Assembly: GCA_976226885.1 (NCBI GenBank) | Contig: OZ320313.1 | Location: 37,448,001-37,512,000, forward strand | Source of the DNA: Iphione sp. A-MEVVRFRX5 | Taxonomy: Eukaryota | DNA: 64,000 bases | Direction of reading: 5' to 3' | Shown: piece by piece, positions 47,797-60,600 of the stretch | Position numbering within the stretch: the first letter of the stretch is position 1 | Layout: the number at the start of each line of letters is the position of its first letter | Made by a program: the position numbers and the translations under genes | The notes under the pieces: generated by a model | Seen by the model: only the letters and a program-made list of their open reading frames with translations | Told to the model about the DNA's origin: nothing | Database searches by the model: none

Positions 47797-50238
47797 CTAC
47801 CAGGCGCGCGGTCGAGCCTGGAGGGTCAGCGGCCGGCGCGGCAGCTGCGGACAATCGTCGTCACGGTGTACGCGCTCAACGTGTTCAGTCAGTTGTAGCT
47901 GGTTCTCGTACACGACGGCGCATCGCCGACATGCGTACAGCGCCGGGAACAACCTCCGCGTCGCGAGACGCACCTTCTGACTGGTTTCGATCGTGGAAGC
48001 GGCCGTAACCGACGTCGAAAGCAGTCGGCGTGTTGCTAGCTGCCGCTCAAGGCCAAGCATCAATTTCCGGTCGGCCCTGCAACCGCCGAATAGATAGTTA
48101 TTGTTGTCGAGGGCGACCTGCGTCGTCCTCGTTGTCGTCGTCGTTTCATCATCGACGATCATCCTTAATTCCTCTTCCTCCTCCTTTCCCATTTGCCGGG
48201 CTTGTCGGAGTCGGTGCGTCTGAGAAGCGTCCATGTTAGCGTTATCTTCGTTAAGCATCGTCTTTGCGCCCGGAAGTCGGGCGCCGTCGTCATCATTGAT
48301 TTTAGGGTTAGCTTTATCATCGTCACTTTGGTCACTGCTTCCGCTCCGCCGGTAAGTATACAGCAGTCTTTTGGCCAGGATGTTCCTTCCCCGCCCCGAA
48401 CGACGTTGGCCGCTTGGCGGTGGCGGGGGAAGCAGCGCAACCGGCGGTGGCGGCGGCGGCGGCGGCGGTGGCGGCAGGCCGGCGGGCGGATGGTGCGGTG
48501 GTGACGAGGACACCAGCGGAGACAGTGGTGTGTAGGCGGTAGGGTAGCCGGGGGGAAGGTAGCGGGGGTCGGCTGGGGTTCCCGCGCCGCCGCCGCTGCC
48601 CGCCGCCGCAGCCAACAGCGGCCGGCTGAAGTCAATGGCGCCACCGGGGCTACCGTCGGCGTAGACTGCGGTGGGCTTGATGGGTTCCGGGCGGTGGATG
48701 ACGCCCGTCCCGCCGCCGTTCGTGTAGCACCGACCTCCGGCGTGGTGGCGGGCAACCGAGGCCCTACCACTGCCAGCACTACTGACACCACCACTGCTGC
48801 TACTACTGACTAGATTACTCACATCTAGGGGGTTGCTAGGCTTGTGGGCGAGGAACGGAGGTCCCCCTAGCTGGTGAGGCAGAGAGGGCGGCGAGTGGGA
48901 GCCTCCCGCCGTATAGTAATGGTTGTTGTGGTTGTGTAGAGACGGATGTGTCGGAGGTTGCGCGACTGGAGGCTGCTGCTGTTGCTGCTGATGCTGCTGT
49001 GGCGAGACCGAAGGCGCCACAGACGAGGAGGACGACCGGGGCGACGGCGGCGACTTGCATGGGCTACAGTCGGGCGCCGAGTCGTCGGTAGAGCTGAAGC
49101 GTGGACCATGTCGGCGCTTGTGGCGGTCAAGGTTGGACTTGTGGCTCGTAGCGTAGCCACATACACCGCAGATGTAGTCTTTCTGTCCGCTGTGAACGGT
49201 CACGTGACGTTTGAGAAGCGCCTTTCGGCAGAAAGTTCGGCCGCAGATGCGGCAGTCGTAGCCGTTCTTGTGACAGGACACCACGTGATCCCTCAAAGAC
49301 GCCTTATTCTTGAAAACAATGTCGCAGCATTCCAGCGTCTTGGCGCAGAGTTCATGCATCGTCACCACGTGGCGCTTCAGGTTATTCTTCCGGTCGGTGA
49401 TGTATTTGCAATGTAAGCAGCGGTATACTTTCTTCTCCGTCGTCGCCCCGACGCCTGCTTCCCCGCCGACCGTCGTCGACGATGACGACGACTTTCCGGC
49501 CGGACTCTCCCCACAAGAGGAATCGCTCTTCCCACAAGAAATGTCTATATATTCGTCATCGTTATCGGATGCCACGCTGAGGGGCGAGCCGACGCTGAGT
49601 CGACGCGAGGCAGAATCCTCCGATGACCGGCCTCCGACATCGTCGATTTCCATTTCTCCGTGTCGCATCGTCGAAGCCTGCTGCGCGCCCAGTCCGTTCT
49701 CCCGCCCGGATACTGCGTGAGGTGCAGGCCGTCCAGTTGGTCTCTGGGCAGCGTCCGCCCGACGTTCCTCCTGCGTCCAGTCGGCATCCTCCATGGCCCG
49801 TCCAGCAACACTGGCGCTAACGGGGCAGTGGTCGTCGGAAGGGGAGAGCGTGAAGGACGGCGAGGCGACCTGCGTCATGCCGCCGGCTTCGTCGATCATG
49901 ACCGGTCGACGAAGATCAACCGCCTTCTGATCGTCGCCGTCGTCGGCGCCGGCGGCTTGCAGCGGGGCGCTGGCCGACGTCCGGACGATCATGGTAGAGC
50001 GGCGGAGGGACCCGCGAGGGTGGCGGAGTCGATCCTCCTGGACTCCTCCAGCCCCTCTATAGGCCTGCTGCTGCTCTTGGTAGCTGTAGAGAGACGCTTG
50101 CTCCTCCTCCTCTTCCTCTCCTCTTCCTCCTCCACCTGCTGCTGCTCCTCTTCCACCCGTACCCCCTGGTGGGTGTAGCGGGTGAGGGTTAAAGCTACTG
50201 AAGCTGTTTAGCGAGCGGTAAACTAGGCAGGCAGTCAT
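47797..50238 (-). CDS. C2H2 zinc-finger transcription factor (5 fingers), 813 aa from the first in-frame ATG, coding region apparently intronless
   Basis: Uninterrupted 2.4-kb ORF (track 47797..50265 opens at GTG; first ATG at 50238 in a GCCATG Kozak context). Contains YRCLHCKYITDRKNNLKRHVVTMH, LECCDIVFKNKASLRDHVVSCH, YDCRICGRTFCRKALLKRHVTVH, the linker SGQKD, YICGVCGYATSHKSNLDRHKRRH and C-terminal YACRRCAVVYENQLQLTEHVERVH, plus Pro/Gln/Gly/Ser/Glu low-complexity tracts. Extra upstream coding exons cannot be excluded. Orthologue not recognised. Confidence 0.9.
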   Translation of the reverse strand: MTACLVYRSLNSFSSFNPHPLHPPGGTGGRGAAAGGGGRGEEEEEEQASLYSYQEQQQAYRGAGGVQEDRLRHPRGSLRRSTMIVRTSASAPLQAAGADDGDDQKAVDLRRPVMIDEAGGMTQVASPSFTLSPSDDHCPVSASVAGRAMEDADWTQEERRADAAQRPTGRPAPHAVSGRENGLGAQQASTMRHGEMEIDDVGGRSSEDSASRRLSVGSPLSVASDNDDEYIDISCGKSDSSCGESPAGKSSSSSTTVGGEAGVGATTEKKVYRCLHCKYITDRKNNLKRHVVTMHELCAKTLECCDIVFKNKASLRDHVVSCHKNGYDCRICGRTFCRKALLKRHVTVHSGQKDYICGVCGYATSHKSNLDRHKRRHGPRFSSTDDSAPDCSPCKSPPSPRSSSSSVAPSVSPQQHQQQQQQPPVAQPPTHPSLHNHNNHYYTAGGSHSPPSLPHQLGGPPFLAHKPSNPLDVSNLVSSSSSGGVSSAGSGRASVARHHAGGRCYTNGGGTGVIHRPEPIKPTAVYADGSPGGAIDFSRPLLAAAAGSGGGAGTPADPRYLPPGYPTAYTPLSPLVSSSPPHHPPAGLPPPPPPPPPPPVALLPPPPPSGQRRSGRGRNILAKRLLYTYRRSGSSDQSDDDKANPKINDDDGARLPGAKTMLNEDNANMDASQTHRLRQARQMGKEEEEELRMIVDDETTTTTRTTQVALDNNNYLFGGCRADRKLMLGLERQLATRRLLSTSVTAASTIETSQKVRLATRRLFPALYACRRCAVVYENQLQLTEHVERVHRDDDCPQLPRRPLTLQARPRAW
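47866..47937 (-). other. Isolated C-terminal C2H2 zinc finger
   Basis: YACRRCAVVYENQLQLTEHVERVH = C-x2-C-x12-H-x4-H. Confidence 0.75.
49108..49425 (-). other. Tandem cluster of four C2H2 zinc fingers (likely DNA-binding domain)
   Basis: Fingers 1, 3 and 4 fit C-x2-C-x12-H-x3/4-H; finger 2 has adjacent cysteines (CC-x3-F-x5-L-x2-H-x4-H); TGEKP-like linker SGQKD between fingers 3 and 4. Confidence 0.9.
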
Positions 50239-51079
50239 GGCACCTACTGAATCGGCGTCCACCACCTCCGTCCACCTCCAGGCAACGCCTCCAGATTACG
50301 GTGGAGAAGATGGAGGTTCGAGTGGTGGCGGTGGTGGTGGTGGGGTCACCGTAGTACCTCAGTACATGACAGCGCCTCTTGTCTTCCGCAGGGAAAACCA
50401 ACGTTAAATGACACTAAGTAGGTATAAGCAATCTGAAAGGGAAATCTCACTTTTTTGTGTTTCCAAACAAGTGTACAAGCTGCCTCCCGTGGTATAAAAA
50501 TACCGGAAACCACAGGTTTTCCCTTTTTAGCTCTACAGTAAAATATCACGCCTCGTGCCTGTCGAGCTGAGATGCCCACTACAAAACTCGGAAAATGTTT
50601 TTGTGTTGATTTAGAGTGGAAATCAGTTACTCTAAAGACGAAATGTTAAAGTTCTTGATCGCTCTACCAGTCTCTGCAATCACGAAAACTTGGCTTAAAA
50701 TACTGTCAACGACGCAAGAGCCAAGTTATGAGAGTAAATCCATGGTCCAGATATTGAATATATATCCAGGAACGTTCACACGAAATGTCAAAAACTGTCC
50801 TCGAATTCTCTGTTGACTAATATCTGGCCGTACTGCAGTAGTCTTGACAGAATTTTTTGGCCGCAATCAGAATGTCGTCTGCTACTTCCCGCCAAATGTA
50901 GTCACTGAGAAGGGCTGCTTGTGTGGCGAGGGCAAATGTCGTCTGCTCCTCCGCGCCACTCTGTGCACATGTACTCCGACAACGCCTGCAAGGAGATAAA
51001 TGAGACGAATGAGTACACGCTGCTGGTTTTTGTAGTGAAGTGGGTGGCTGTTAGTGAGCGTGTATGTACATATGTGGGT

Positions 51080-51600
51080 GCGCATGTATACCGACGCTGT
51101 CTTAGCTCTGCTCTCGCGATCGCCAACGGGCACGAGCGGCGCGAGAGCGTGAGTTATGACCGGGCCGGCCGAAACACTCGGTCTGATATACCCTCTTGGA
51201 CGTACCCGTTCACTCCTCCTCCTACTCCTCCCGCCCAGCACGCCCTCTTTAGGTGGAGGCGGTGGCGCCAGGCATCACCACCTGAGCCCAGCCAAGCGGC
51301 CCCGCCCCTCCCTACCATACATCTTCCCACCCACCCACAAACGCTGTGTGACTAATAAACATGAGCAGGAGCGCTCATCAAATTATCATGACTCCATCCG
51401 TAGGCGCGACAACCAACCCCCCAACCGAGCTGTGCCCCCGCCCTCCCAGCTACTCACTACTTGTGCTTTTACCGTCCGCCTCCATGGACCAATCAGAGGG
51501 CAGTGTCGATTGAGTGGGTTTCCCGGGAGGTGGGCAGGAGGCCGATTGTGGATAATTTATTCGCTACTCGCGGCTGTTGTGTGCTCTAGGTCTGACGGTG
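51080..51600 (-). promoter_or_regulatory. CpG-rich putative promoter/5' region of the zinc-finger gene
   Basis: CpG-dense stretch ~1 kb upstream of the ATG with a CCAAT box (GGACCAATCAG near 51490), GC-box-like CCCCGCCC near 51300 and TCTCGCGA at 51112. TSS not determinable. Confidence 0.4.
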
Positions 51601-54600
51601 ATACAGCCATATGTTGATAGCAGCAGAGTACACTGCCCATAGGCGCGTCGGTCTCTCATGATGGTCGGATTGAGGGGGGGAGTTTGCCTGCGGTGGGTGG
51701 GGATGAGGTGGGGGTGGGGGACAGAATGGGTGGATTTGGTGTGTGTGTGGGGGGGGGGGGTGAAAGAGGCGTTTGGAGGCGGACTTTTCACTGCATGTTA
51801 AACATTATAGAGCAGTGGGTACAAATAGTTCCTGAAACCTACGTCTGGGGGCAGCACTGTTTTAAGTCTCTCCCTTTCAAACCACGATTTGTGTAGTCGA
51901 TCTAGGAGAATCAGGAAGAGAGGGGACGGTCAAAAGGGGGGCTTCTTAATACACACGAGAACCAACAGTCCGGAGAGATTGCCAGGGAGCAAGTGAGAGA
52001 GCAACAGATATATGGAAGAAGAAAAATCAAGAGGAAGGGCGAGTGAAGAGAGGGAGAGTGGATGGATGAGAAAGAAGGAGGGAGACAGAACAAATTAGAA
52101 TATCCACAGAGAAAGCAGAAGAAGGGGTGGGAAGGACGAGTGTATACACAAAGAGCAAACCAAATATAACGATAATATTTTCGATTAGCTTGTGCAGCCA
52201 GCTTCCTGACCGCCCCCCCCCACACACACACAAGCACACACATGCACTCTTTACTTCTCAATATGCTTACTGTTTTCTGTCGTTGCATGCTGCATCAGTT
52301 TTCCTCAGTATGACGTCGCTACTCCGCGCCATAGTTAATATGTGTATATATGTGCATGTTAATATTATATACATTTTTGTAATATCATAATTATGATTCC
52401 TTTCTCTCTAGCAAATCCTTCTCAGTAAATGATTCTCATTGTATTTGTTTTTTTCTCTCCCTATCTCTCCTTTCTCAACTCGCCTTCCTGCCTTATTTCT
52501 CTGTCCCTTCTAACCCTTCCCATTCTGCTCAGCTCCCGTCTCCCTCTAGTCCTCCTCCTTTTGTCTTGTCTTCCTCTTAACTAAATTGCCTCTCCACGTT
52601 CATTTCCTCTATCTCCCCCTATACATCCATAAACGCGCGTCTCTCTAAAATACACTCGATTCCACCCATAAAGGCCCACGGCGCCTCAACCTCCTCCGTG
52701 CCCCTCCGACAGGCCCTGTGCCATGTCCACGACATGTCACGCGTGCACTCGACACGTTCGGAAGTCCTCCATGCAAGCTGGTCACAGCTAGACAGACACA
52801 ATTATCCGATGCAGATGATGCCTTTATGAATATGTGGGCAGCGCAGGGCCACATGGTCCAACATACTGGTACACGCACTTCATCATAAACTATCGTATAT
52901 GACAACTATATTCGACCATCTGTATTGCTTTTGTTTCACCAGTATATACCCCGTTTACTGTGCATCAATTTATTCAATGCCAAAGGCATAAATAAAAACA
53001 CGCCACTAGAGGTGCTTGGGCACAGATTGCTAATTTAATCCCCGCCCGCCCCCCAAAAAACATGAACATGCAGGAAAAAACAAGTGAAATCAATTTGTCG
53101 TCCACCAGCTGTCAGCTTTATGAATATTCACATTTTCACAGTTTTGCGATATTGTTCTAATTGTTTCACACATGTTTGTAGCGTTGATATCGGAACTACA
53201 CAAAATTACATTACCATTAGACATTCACTTCTGACAACTACGTCTCACAAACGGCTCATACATCATGGTGGTTACAGTCGAGAGAACACGTGACACCTAC
53301 AGCATGTATACACCGGTTCAACCTCAGGCTGGTTGTGCGCAGTTTCTCCGTCAAGACATATATACTGTGCGTGTGCGAGGGGTTGGTTATGAACAAAACA
53401 CAATCAAGAACGCTCTACTCGAGGCTGGTTTGCAGGGGATTTTTGAGCCGTGTTTCCTCTGTCTCTTTATGCCTTTTACTCTGTCACCCCATTGCCGATA
53501 CCTTCATCTGTCTGAAGCCTCCATTCCCTCTCTCGTGCACCCTTTCTCACCCTTTATCCGTCCGTCCCCTCGAGCTATCCCTTTCTCCATTTCCTTTCCT
53601 TTCTATCTCTGTTTATCCGCTTATTCTAATTCGTTTCCTTGCCGGCAGAGTAGTCAGTGCGCAGTGAAGAGGTATGAATATAAAGAGCTATATCGGAATA
53701 GAAAATAAACGGATGGAGCAGGTTAAGAAATGAGGGTAGATCATTAGATGGAAGAGATATAATGTATTTTAAGAAGAACAAAATTAGACACGTGGAGAAG
53801 GATACCGTGGAGAATAGTATTAAAATAAGTGACGAAAAGAACGTATTCTTGAATGCGTAGTTTCGTGTAGACCGCGCAGATGTGCCAAGGAAGCGAGGAA
53901 ACTTCTAAATAACGCTGCCATGGTCAGTAACTGAGAAAAAAAGCTGGCCTGCTACCAAACGGTTGCCTTTTAACCACCTTCGGGACAGGTTATCTTTCTG
54001 CTCTTCAACAGACTGAACTGTGTATTGTTGCAATACATACTAAATTCTGTTCTTTATATAGTTTCTGTCCTAGCAGACTATCCCTAGTATCTCTGCATGG
54101 AGAATACCATTCAAAACGCCCAACTTCTGTGCTTTTCAGGTTACATAATTAATTACTTTCACATCGAACAAGGTGAGGAGGAGGTCTACGCATCCAGTTT
54201 TAAAGAAATAACAGTTTATCGACATTTTTAGTAGAGAAAGTGAGGCAGACAAACATGCGTGAGCCACATGTGCACATTATTGTATCTATGTCAGATGCAT
54301 AATTCATTTATATTATTCCTGATACAGAAGAGTCAGTAAAGTGGCTCTGTCTGCTGTCATAGCTGCCATTCCACGGGTCTCACTGTTTATCTCGAGCCCT
54401 TTCCCCAGCAAGATATCCTCATTATTTATTCCTCATGCAATTCTCTTGACCAATCTGTCTCTTATGTCTGCCTCAGTATATATAGCGCGTCCGTACCGAC
54501 ATCTTCCAGTTAATTAACATTTATTATTGTCTTTATGACTGCCTATCTCCATATCTGTAGCACTATATCTGCCTGGCTGTAACGTCCATTCTACAACCAT

Positions 54601-57600
54601 TCCCATCACCCTGTTATCTTTCGGGGTGGTTGTCTATCTCCCTGAGTATTTGGCCCGATATTTCCCGGTTATTCATCTCACGTGATTGCTTTCCTGTCTG
54701 TCTGCCTGTACTTTGTCTATCTTCGGTCCATAACTCACAGTTATGTATCCCTCATAACCATCATTATGTCTATCCCTCTGCTAGTCGTCCTGTCGCTCCC
54801 CCCCACCTATATCTGTCTTTGGATATAGGTCTCCTATATCAGTTTAATGAGACCTTAATTAATTTCCAGGCTCCTTACTTGCGATCAAGGCCCTGGCGTC
54901 AATATTTAGTTAGTAATTACACTGTTCTTGAACTCATCAAGTAGACTATCAGTGTACGATGATTATGATGATGAATAGCATGGCTTGTTACTTGCCAAGT
55001 GCATGTAGTACACTACTATGGAATACGACACTTACTAACGTGCCTACGGTCATGACTGGGACAAATGTGTGACTTTAACCTCTGACTGTTGCACGACACG
55101 TAGTCAGTCATCTAATCACTAGGTCAGGGGCTTTGCACTTAGTCCAGCACATTGAAACATACTCGGTCAGAGAGGCTTAACGTTTGCTCTCTTATTGCTC
55201 AATATAATAGCTTACTCTTAAGTAGTAAGGAATAGTGACTAAAAGTATGTCTAAGACTGTTGTTTGCAAGTCTGTTTTCAGATGTTCCAATAGACTTATC
55301 AGACAATGGCCTGGAAGGAGTCTACAGAAAACACGTTTGGACAATACTCTTTCTGGCATTTTCCGGAAGGTTCCAAGCCTGTTATGTATGTACTTTGGAA
55401 AAAAGGGAATTGTGGATGTCTTGCAGAGAACAGGTAGACATCTCAAAGTTAGCGTACATAATTGCTGCTTGTTCACAGAACGTAACTTCTTAAGTGACTG
55501 ATCTGAGGTCAAGGCCATCCGCTCACAGTACATTCACAAGAGTATGTAAATGGCATTAATTGACTGCTGTAAGGCTGTTGTGTGGCAACAGGAATAGCAG
55601 GAGAGTTAGGAAGCCGAAGAGAAAATAGATACAAGCAGGAAGATACAAAAGATATCACATGTAATTAATTCGAATGTTACTCGGTGCATTTGGCCTCATT
55701 TGTTTCTCATTTCCTCACAATTTCGTCGTCTCCACCTATAATAGCATGCCGCCCTGGCTCGCATTAAAAGAGGAGAAAAACAAAGACAATCAAACATATG
55801 TAAACAAATTGAGACCGATGACGTTTGGGCCAAGGGGAATTGAGTGCACTCGAGGCAATGCCAGCATATCTGTAAGTTACCCTCGGCCATGAAAAAGTAC
55901 ACATTCCATCAACTAGCACATACACATATATAGGATGTGTAAAGAAATCTGTGAAAAAGTTGACAACAACGATGCCCTGTAGTTTTTGCCGTGGCACATT
56001 CCCTGTAATTAAGGGGTAATGATAGAATAAATCATAGGTGGTCGGGTGCATATAAGACATGACGTTTGTTTGAAAAACTAGCGAATTTCTCACTTATTTT
56101 TTTCTTGCAGGTAGCTTCCTCTTCGTACAGGTTATTCATACGCTATTTATACAGACATTTAGACGCTATCCCGCAATTATGCAGCATAATCTATCCTTGT
56201 AGAGAAGTGATCACTGTAGAAAAATGAAGTCTGATTTCACAAACGTAATGCTTTACAAGTCCTTGCAAGTCCATTGGCGGGTCTAAAGTATTGCCCTCAG
56301 CGACCTCCTAATAATCTTGGGCTCATTTAGACACCCATGCTGGGCATCCGAACAGAATTTGTGTTTAATATTTTTCAGAACATTTCTTGTTTTCTTACAT
56401 GAGAACACCATTTATCTTTTAAGGTTCTGGCTGGAAAATGTGAAAACCATGAAAATAGCAATTCTACATGTTTTGTGAAAAGACATTTTTTTTTAGCAGA
56501 AACAAATGATAAAGGACCGGCGTAAATGTACAATTCCATGCGATTGAATGTACATGTACAATCTAATCCATTCCTTTGGTGTTCCATTTCATCCCACTGT
56601 CTGTTGGTCTATCCTACCAAGTCTACCATCTCCGTCCTACAAAAGTTAACCGTTCTACCCCAGCAGGCTTACCATTTCATCCCTACAAGTCTATACTACC
56701 CCGGCCAACTAAACGTCTTCTGAACTTTCTGGCTTCAGTCCTCTGTCAGACGAAGTGGCACCAAACAGGCATTCATGTGTGTGTTTGTGTGTGTGCGTGT
56801 GTGCGTTACATATCAAAAAAGCCACAGCATTCTGAATGGTTTCGATGACAATTGTTTTACCTAGGAGTCGGTCCCTCGTTCATTCAATCTCAGCCACATG
56901 GTGCCAGCGGCTCGTATGCACCACGCCTTCGTGTCAAAGGAAAATTAAACTGAAATAAGCCGGCGTCCCTGCTGTACATTCAAACGTGACTCTGTGGTTC
57001 TTCCTTTTTGCGCGTGAATTGTTTAGCGTTTCATGCGCTTTTTTTAAGACTCGCATATTTGTAATGCGAGACAGTCTGGCGAAACTGTAGCAGGTATGAT
57101 ATGTATGTACCCACATGGCTATAGAACATAACTGCAACTGTGCAAACGTACCAGGCAAAGCGACCATCGGTACGGAAAAACGGCCTGTTTGTAGGCCATA
57201 GGGGCGAATACTTGGGGTGCTGGTGGTTTCTGTTTTAAACTTTACCTAGTCTACCGATAAGTTCTAATAAAGACAAGCAGAAAATTAATTATGCAAAATC
57301 AATTTACAATGCTGCGCACTTGCATGATATTGGTACCAGTGCATTTGAAACAAAGAGTCTTCACCTTCCAGATACATCAGCAGCAATTCTAATCATTCAA
57401 ACGTGACATGTAGCAGTTATATCTCGTGAAGTTCGAGCGCACTTAAAAATTCAAGTTCATAACCATTTCTTGTATGTAAAGACTATGTTTCTCTCAGACA
57501 AACCGTGTACTTTAAAGGTTGCTGGATATTATCCAAATAGCATTCGTGACGACAAAAGATAAGTTCTGTTATAATTTCTGCTTGTTAATATCTTATCAAC

Positions 57601-60600
57601 TGTCTATTATCTTCTTTTATTAGCTATTGGTAATTGTCATATTAGGTCGTTATCACAAGCAACTCTTCTTTTCTATACTGCCAAAAAATAATTTATAAAG
57701 TACTTGGCTTGGTCTTTGCTATACGTATGCATGTATCTATCTGTTGCGAGGGGCATGGGTTTCAAGCACGTTTTACAGAGTTAATTACCTGATATAGTAG
57801 ATTAAAAACTGAAATTTGGGGCTGCAAAAGAGTTTGGGCGGTTTTGGGGGATGATCTTTACCTGATTTTTGACCAGGCTTAACACTATCCGGCAATACTT
57901 GCACACTATATGCATACGTCTTGATGTACACATATACGTTACTTCACTTACGTTACTCTCCCGCTCTACTTTCCCTTAACTTGTCACTTCACAAACAGAT
58001 CTATACTCTTAGTTTGTTGACTCCTAGTTTTGTGTAATCACCTTCTCCATATGGACCTTTTTTGAGCTGAATATATAAGACTTGTCTGCTAGTAGAAATA
58101 AACCTAATAAAAAACATATTGCCTTCACGGTAGCCACAGTCTTCCAGCCTACCGACCTTTGGGTAATATAGTCTGCGTCTGCAGGAGAGACACAGAGAGG
58201 GGGGCACTCTTTCTACCCACACAGGGGCTTCGTGGCTCGAATGTGACCAGATAGAGGCATATACAGGGATTCTCCGATAATTGTAATTTTTGTTCTCTAA
58301 ATTTCGTCGGTTATACAGGACTTGTTGGTTACGGGAAAGGATAACCATAGAAATTCCAAAGTTACTAATAGCCCTGTCAGAATTGTCAGATATGAGATTT
58401 TTGGTATTGGAGGTACCACTGCACCACATACCTATACATGTACGTCAAGACCTACAACGACGGGTTGAATGGAAATCAGGTAGAAACCCCGAAATTGGAA
58501 CGAACTTGGAACTGGCTAATTTTAATCCATCTCTCAATGTGCATTCGCATCTCTTGAAAAGCTGTCCCATTCAAGTCGTAGTTTTTTTTTATAGGTTGCA
58601 CTGTATGAAACTCCCCATGAACTGACTTGATAGAAAAACATAATATATCTGAACATTTTAATCCTAGCTCAAACATGCGTGTCAGTAAATTGGACCGAAA
58701 GATGTCATAAAATGAAAAACATAAAAACATAAATATATCTCATGATGACTCATACCGGCAACACAAAGATCTGGTTTACTGTTCATAACAAGAAAGAGGT
58801 AACTTTTGATAGTGTATTACGTTGAAAAACGAATCTTGGATTCGAAGGGGTCGTAGCAGTTCAGGAGACAGCCCGCGAACAGTTGTGGCAAACGGACCAA
58901 ACCACACGTCGGTCTTAATGCGACCGAGGAAATATGTGAGCTGTATACAAACCGCAAACACTTGTCATCCATTAATTGCTAATATGACACCATACTTTGA
59001 CCTGTCTACACTATAACCGCTCATCTGGGGGCCTGTACTGGCAGGTTTAAGTCACCAGAACAGGCCTCCTCCCCTAACGCTCGATCACAAAAGCATATCC
59101 TTAATGGCATGATTCATCTTATATAATATTGAGGGAAATCGGTGCTCTTGTTCTCTAGCGAATATTAGGTTTATGTTTTGATATGTAAATATATCATAGC
59201 ATTAACTTTGCTAGAACTTTCATAATTACCGTATCACACTTTATTACTTTTTCTTTTTCACTTTTTTTCCTTTTCTCTTAAATTGCATTCATTGGAAGAC
59301 CTGTATTGTACAACATTGTTGTTACTTAAGAAGGGAATACACATGTACACCTAAACTTACTTTGCCTTATAGATTACTTAAAGCTGACAGGACGATACGC
59401 CAATTAAAGTCTATTGAGAGTTACTTGGTGGAACATAGGAAGAGCTGCTGGTTTATAACGGGTATTTAATCATTGGTGGATATTATACTGAAGTCGAGGT
59501 TGTTGCTAGGTAGGAAAGTTTAGTCGGCGAAACGTTCTTCAAAGTAATAAAAAGACAAGGTTTTGTAGAAAGGATCGGAATGGTTGTTTAGGCTGACGGT
59601 TGGTCGAATAAGAAATCTTCGTATAGGTCATCAAACATAGATAACTGGTAGGTACAGGAGATAAGTAAAGCTTATACAAGTTTAGTAGTAAGGTTAAGAT
59701 AGGCCTACCACTGGGGGATAGGAGAGATTGTTATAGATCTATTACAAACTATTAATGATTGAGGGATACAAAACGCAAATGGTTAATAGGTATGAGAGAT
59801 TTACAGTTGACAGGTAGGAGCGGAGACTAGTCGTTGGCAGGTAGGGACGGTTGGAAAAAATTACAAATTTATTCATCATTGTTCTGTGAATCATGGATAT
59901 CTAACATATGGGAATCCTGATGGTCACACACGACATAACAACTGCTTTACTTTTCATCAAGCTGTTAGGAGTCAGGACGAGTCTAACAGAATTATGCTTT
60001 CACCATTCATATTGTATAATTTACGTGTACATACCAATTTGTGTATAGTGGAGTGGTCCGTTATGCTGGTAGAAGAAAGCAATACGTATGTATATAACAG
60101 GTGTACTCATATTATAAATCCGGTCATTGCCCCTTGGTAAAATGTCCTGCCTACCCTACGATGCATAAACCATACACGTAGTACGTAGTTACATTAATGG
60201 AAATAATTCATGGCATCGTTACAACGTTTTTCTTTTGCCTCTGCAGCTATGATAACTACAGCACCGAAGGAAACAGAAATTCACATAATAAACGGATAGT
60301 AATAATGATACTTATGACAAAGTCAAGCAACTATGAGGAAGACGTCCATGCAGTATCTATGCAGCCGTATACCTGGAACAAGCACTTAGTGTACCTCGGA
60401 GTCTCTATCGCCATCAGTGATCTAAGCTGGGACCATCACCATGCAAGTTGCACAAGATAATTTCTATCGGACATCTCTAAGTGTAGGACCAGAGGTCGTG
60501 GAGTTAAAAAAACAGAATAAAAAACAACCATAAACTCTCATCATTAACTGCGGTAAACTTTCTCCAGTGATTTTACGAGAGGCGCCAGTACCTAGCTTGA

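Noticed and set aside
47612-50178. Multiple overlapping sense and antisense ORFs within the zinc-finger CDS
   Set aside because: Expected shadow ORFs of GC-rich coding DNA; no independent domains.
53265-53708. LINE ORF1/RRM-like protein (TVRVRGVGYEQNTIKNALLEAG)
   Set aside because: A single short resemblance; the rest of the ORF is a pyrimidine-rich tract.
58001-58429. 142-aa ORF as a gene or transposase
   Set aside because: No recognisable motif and no supporting splice or TIR structure seen.
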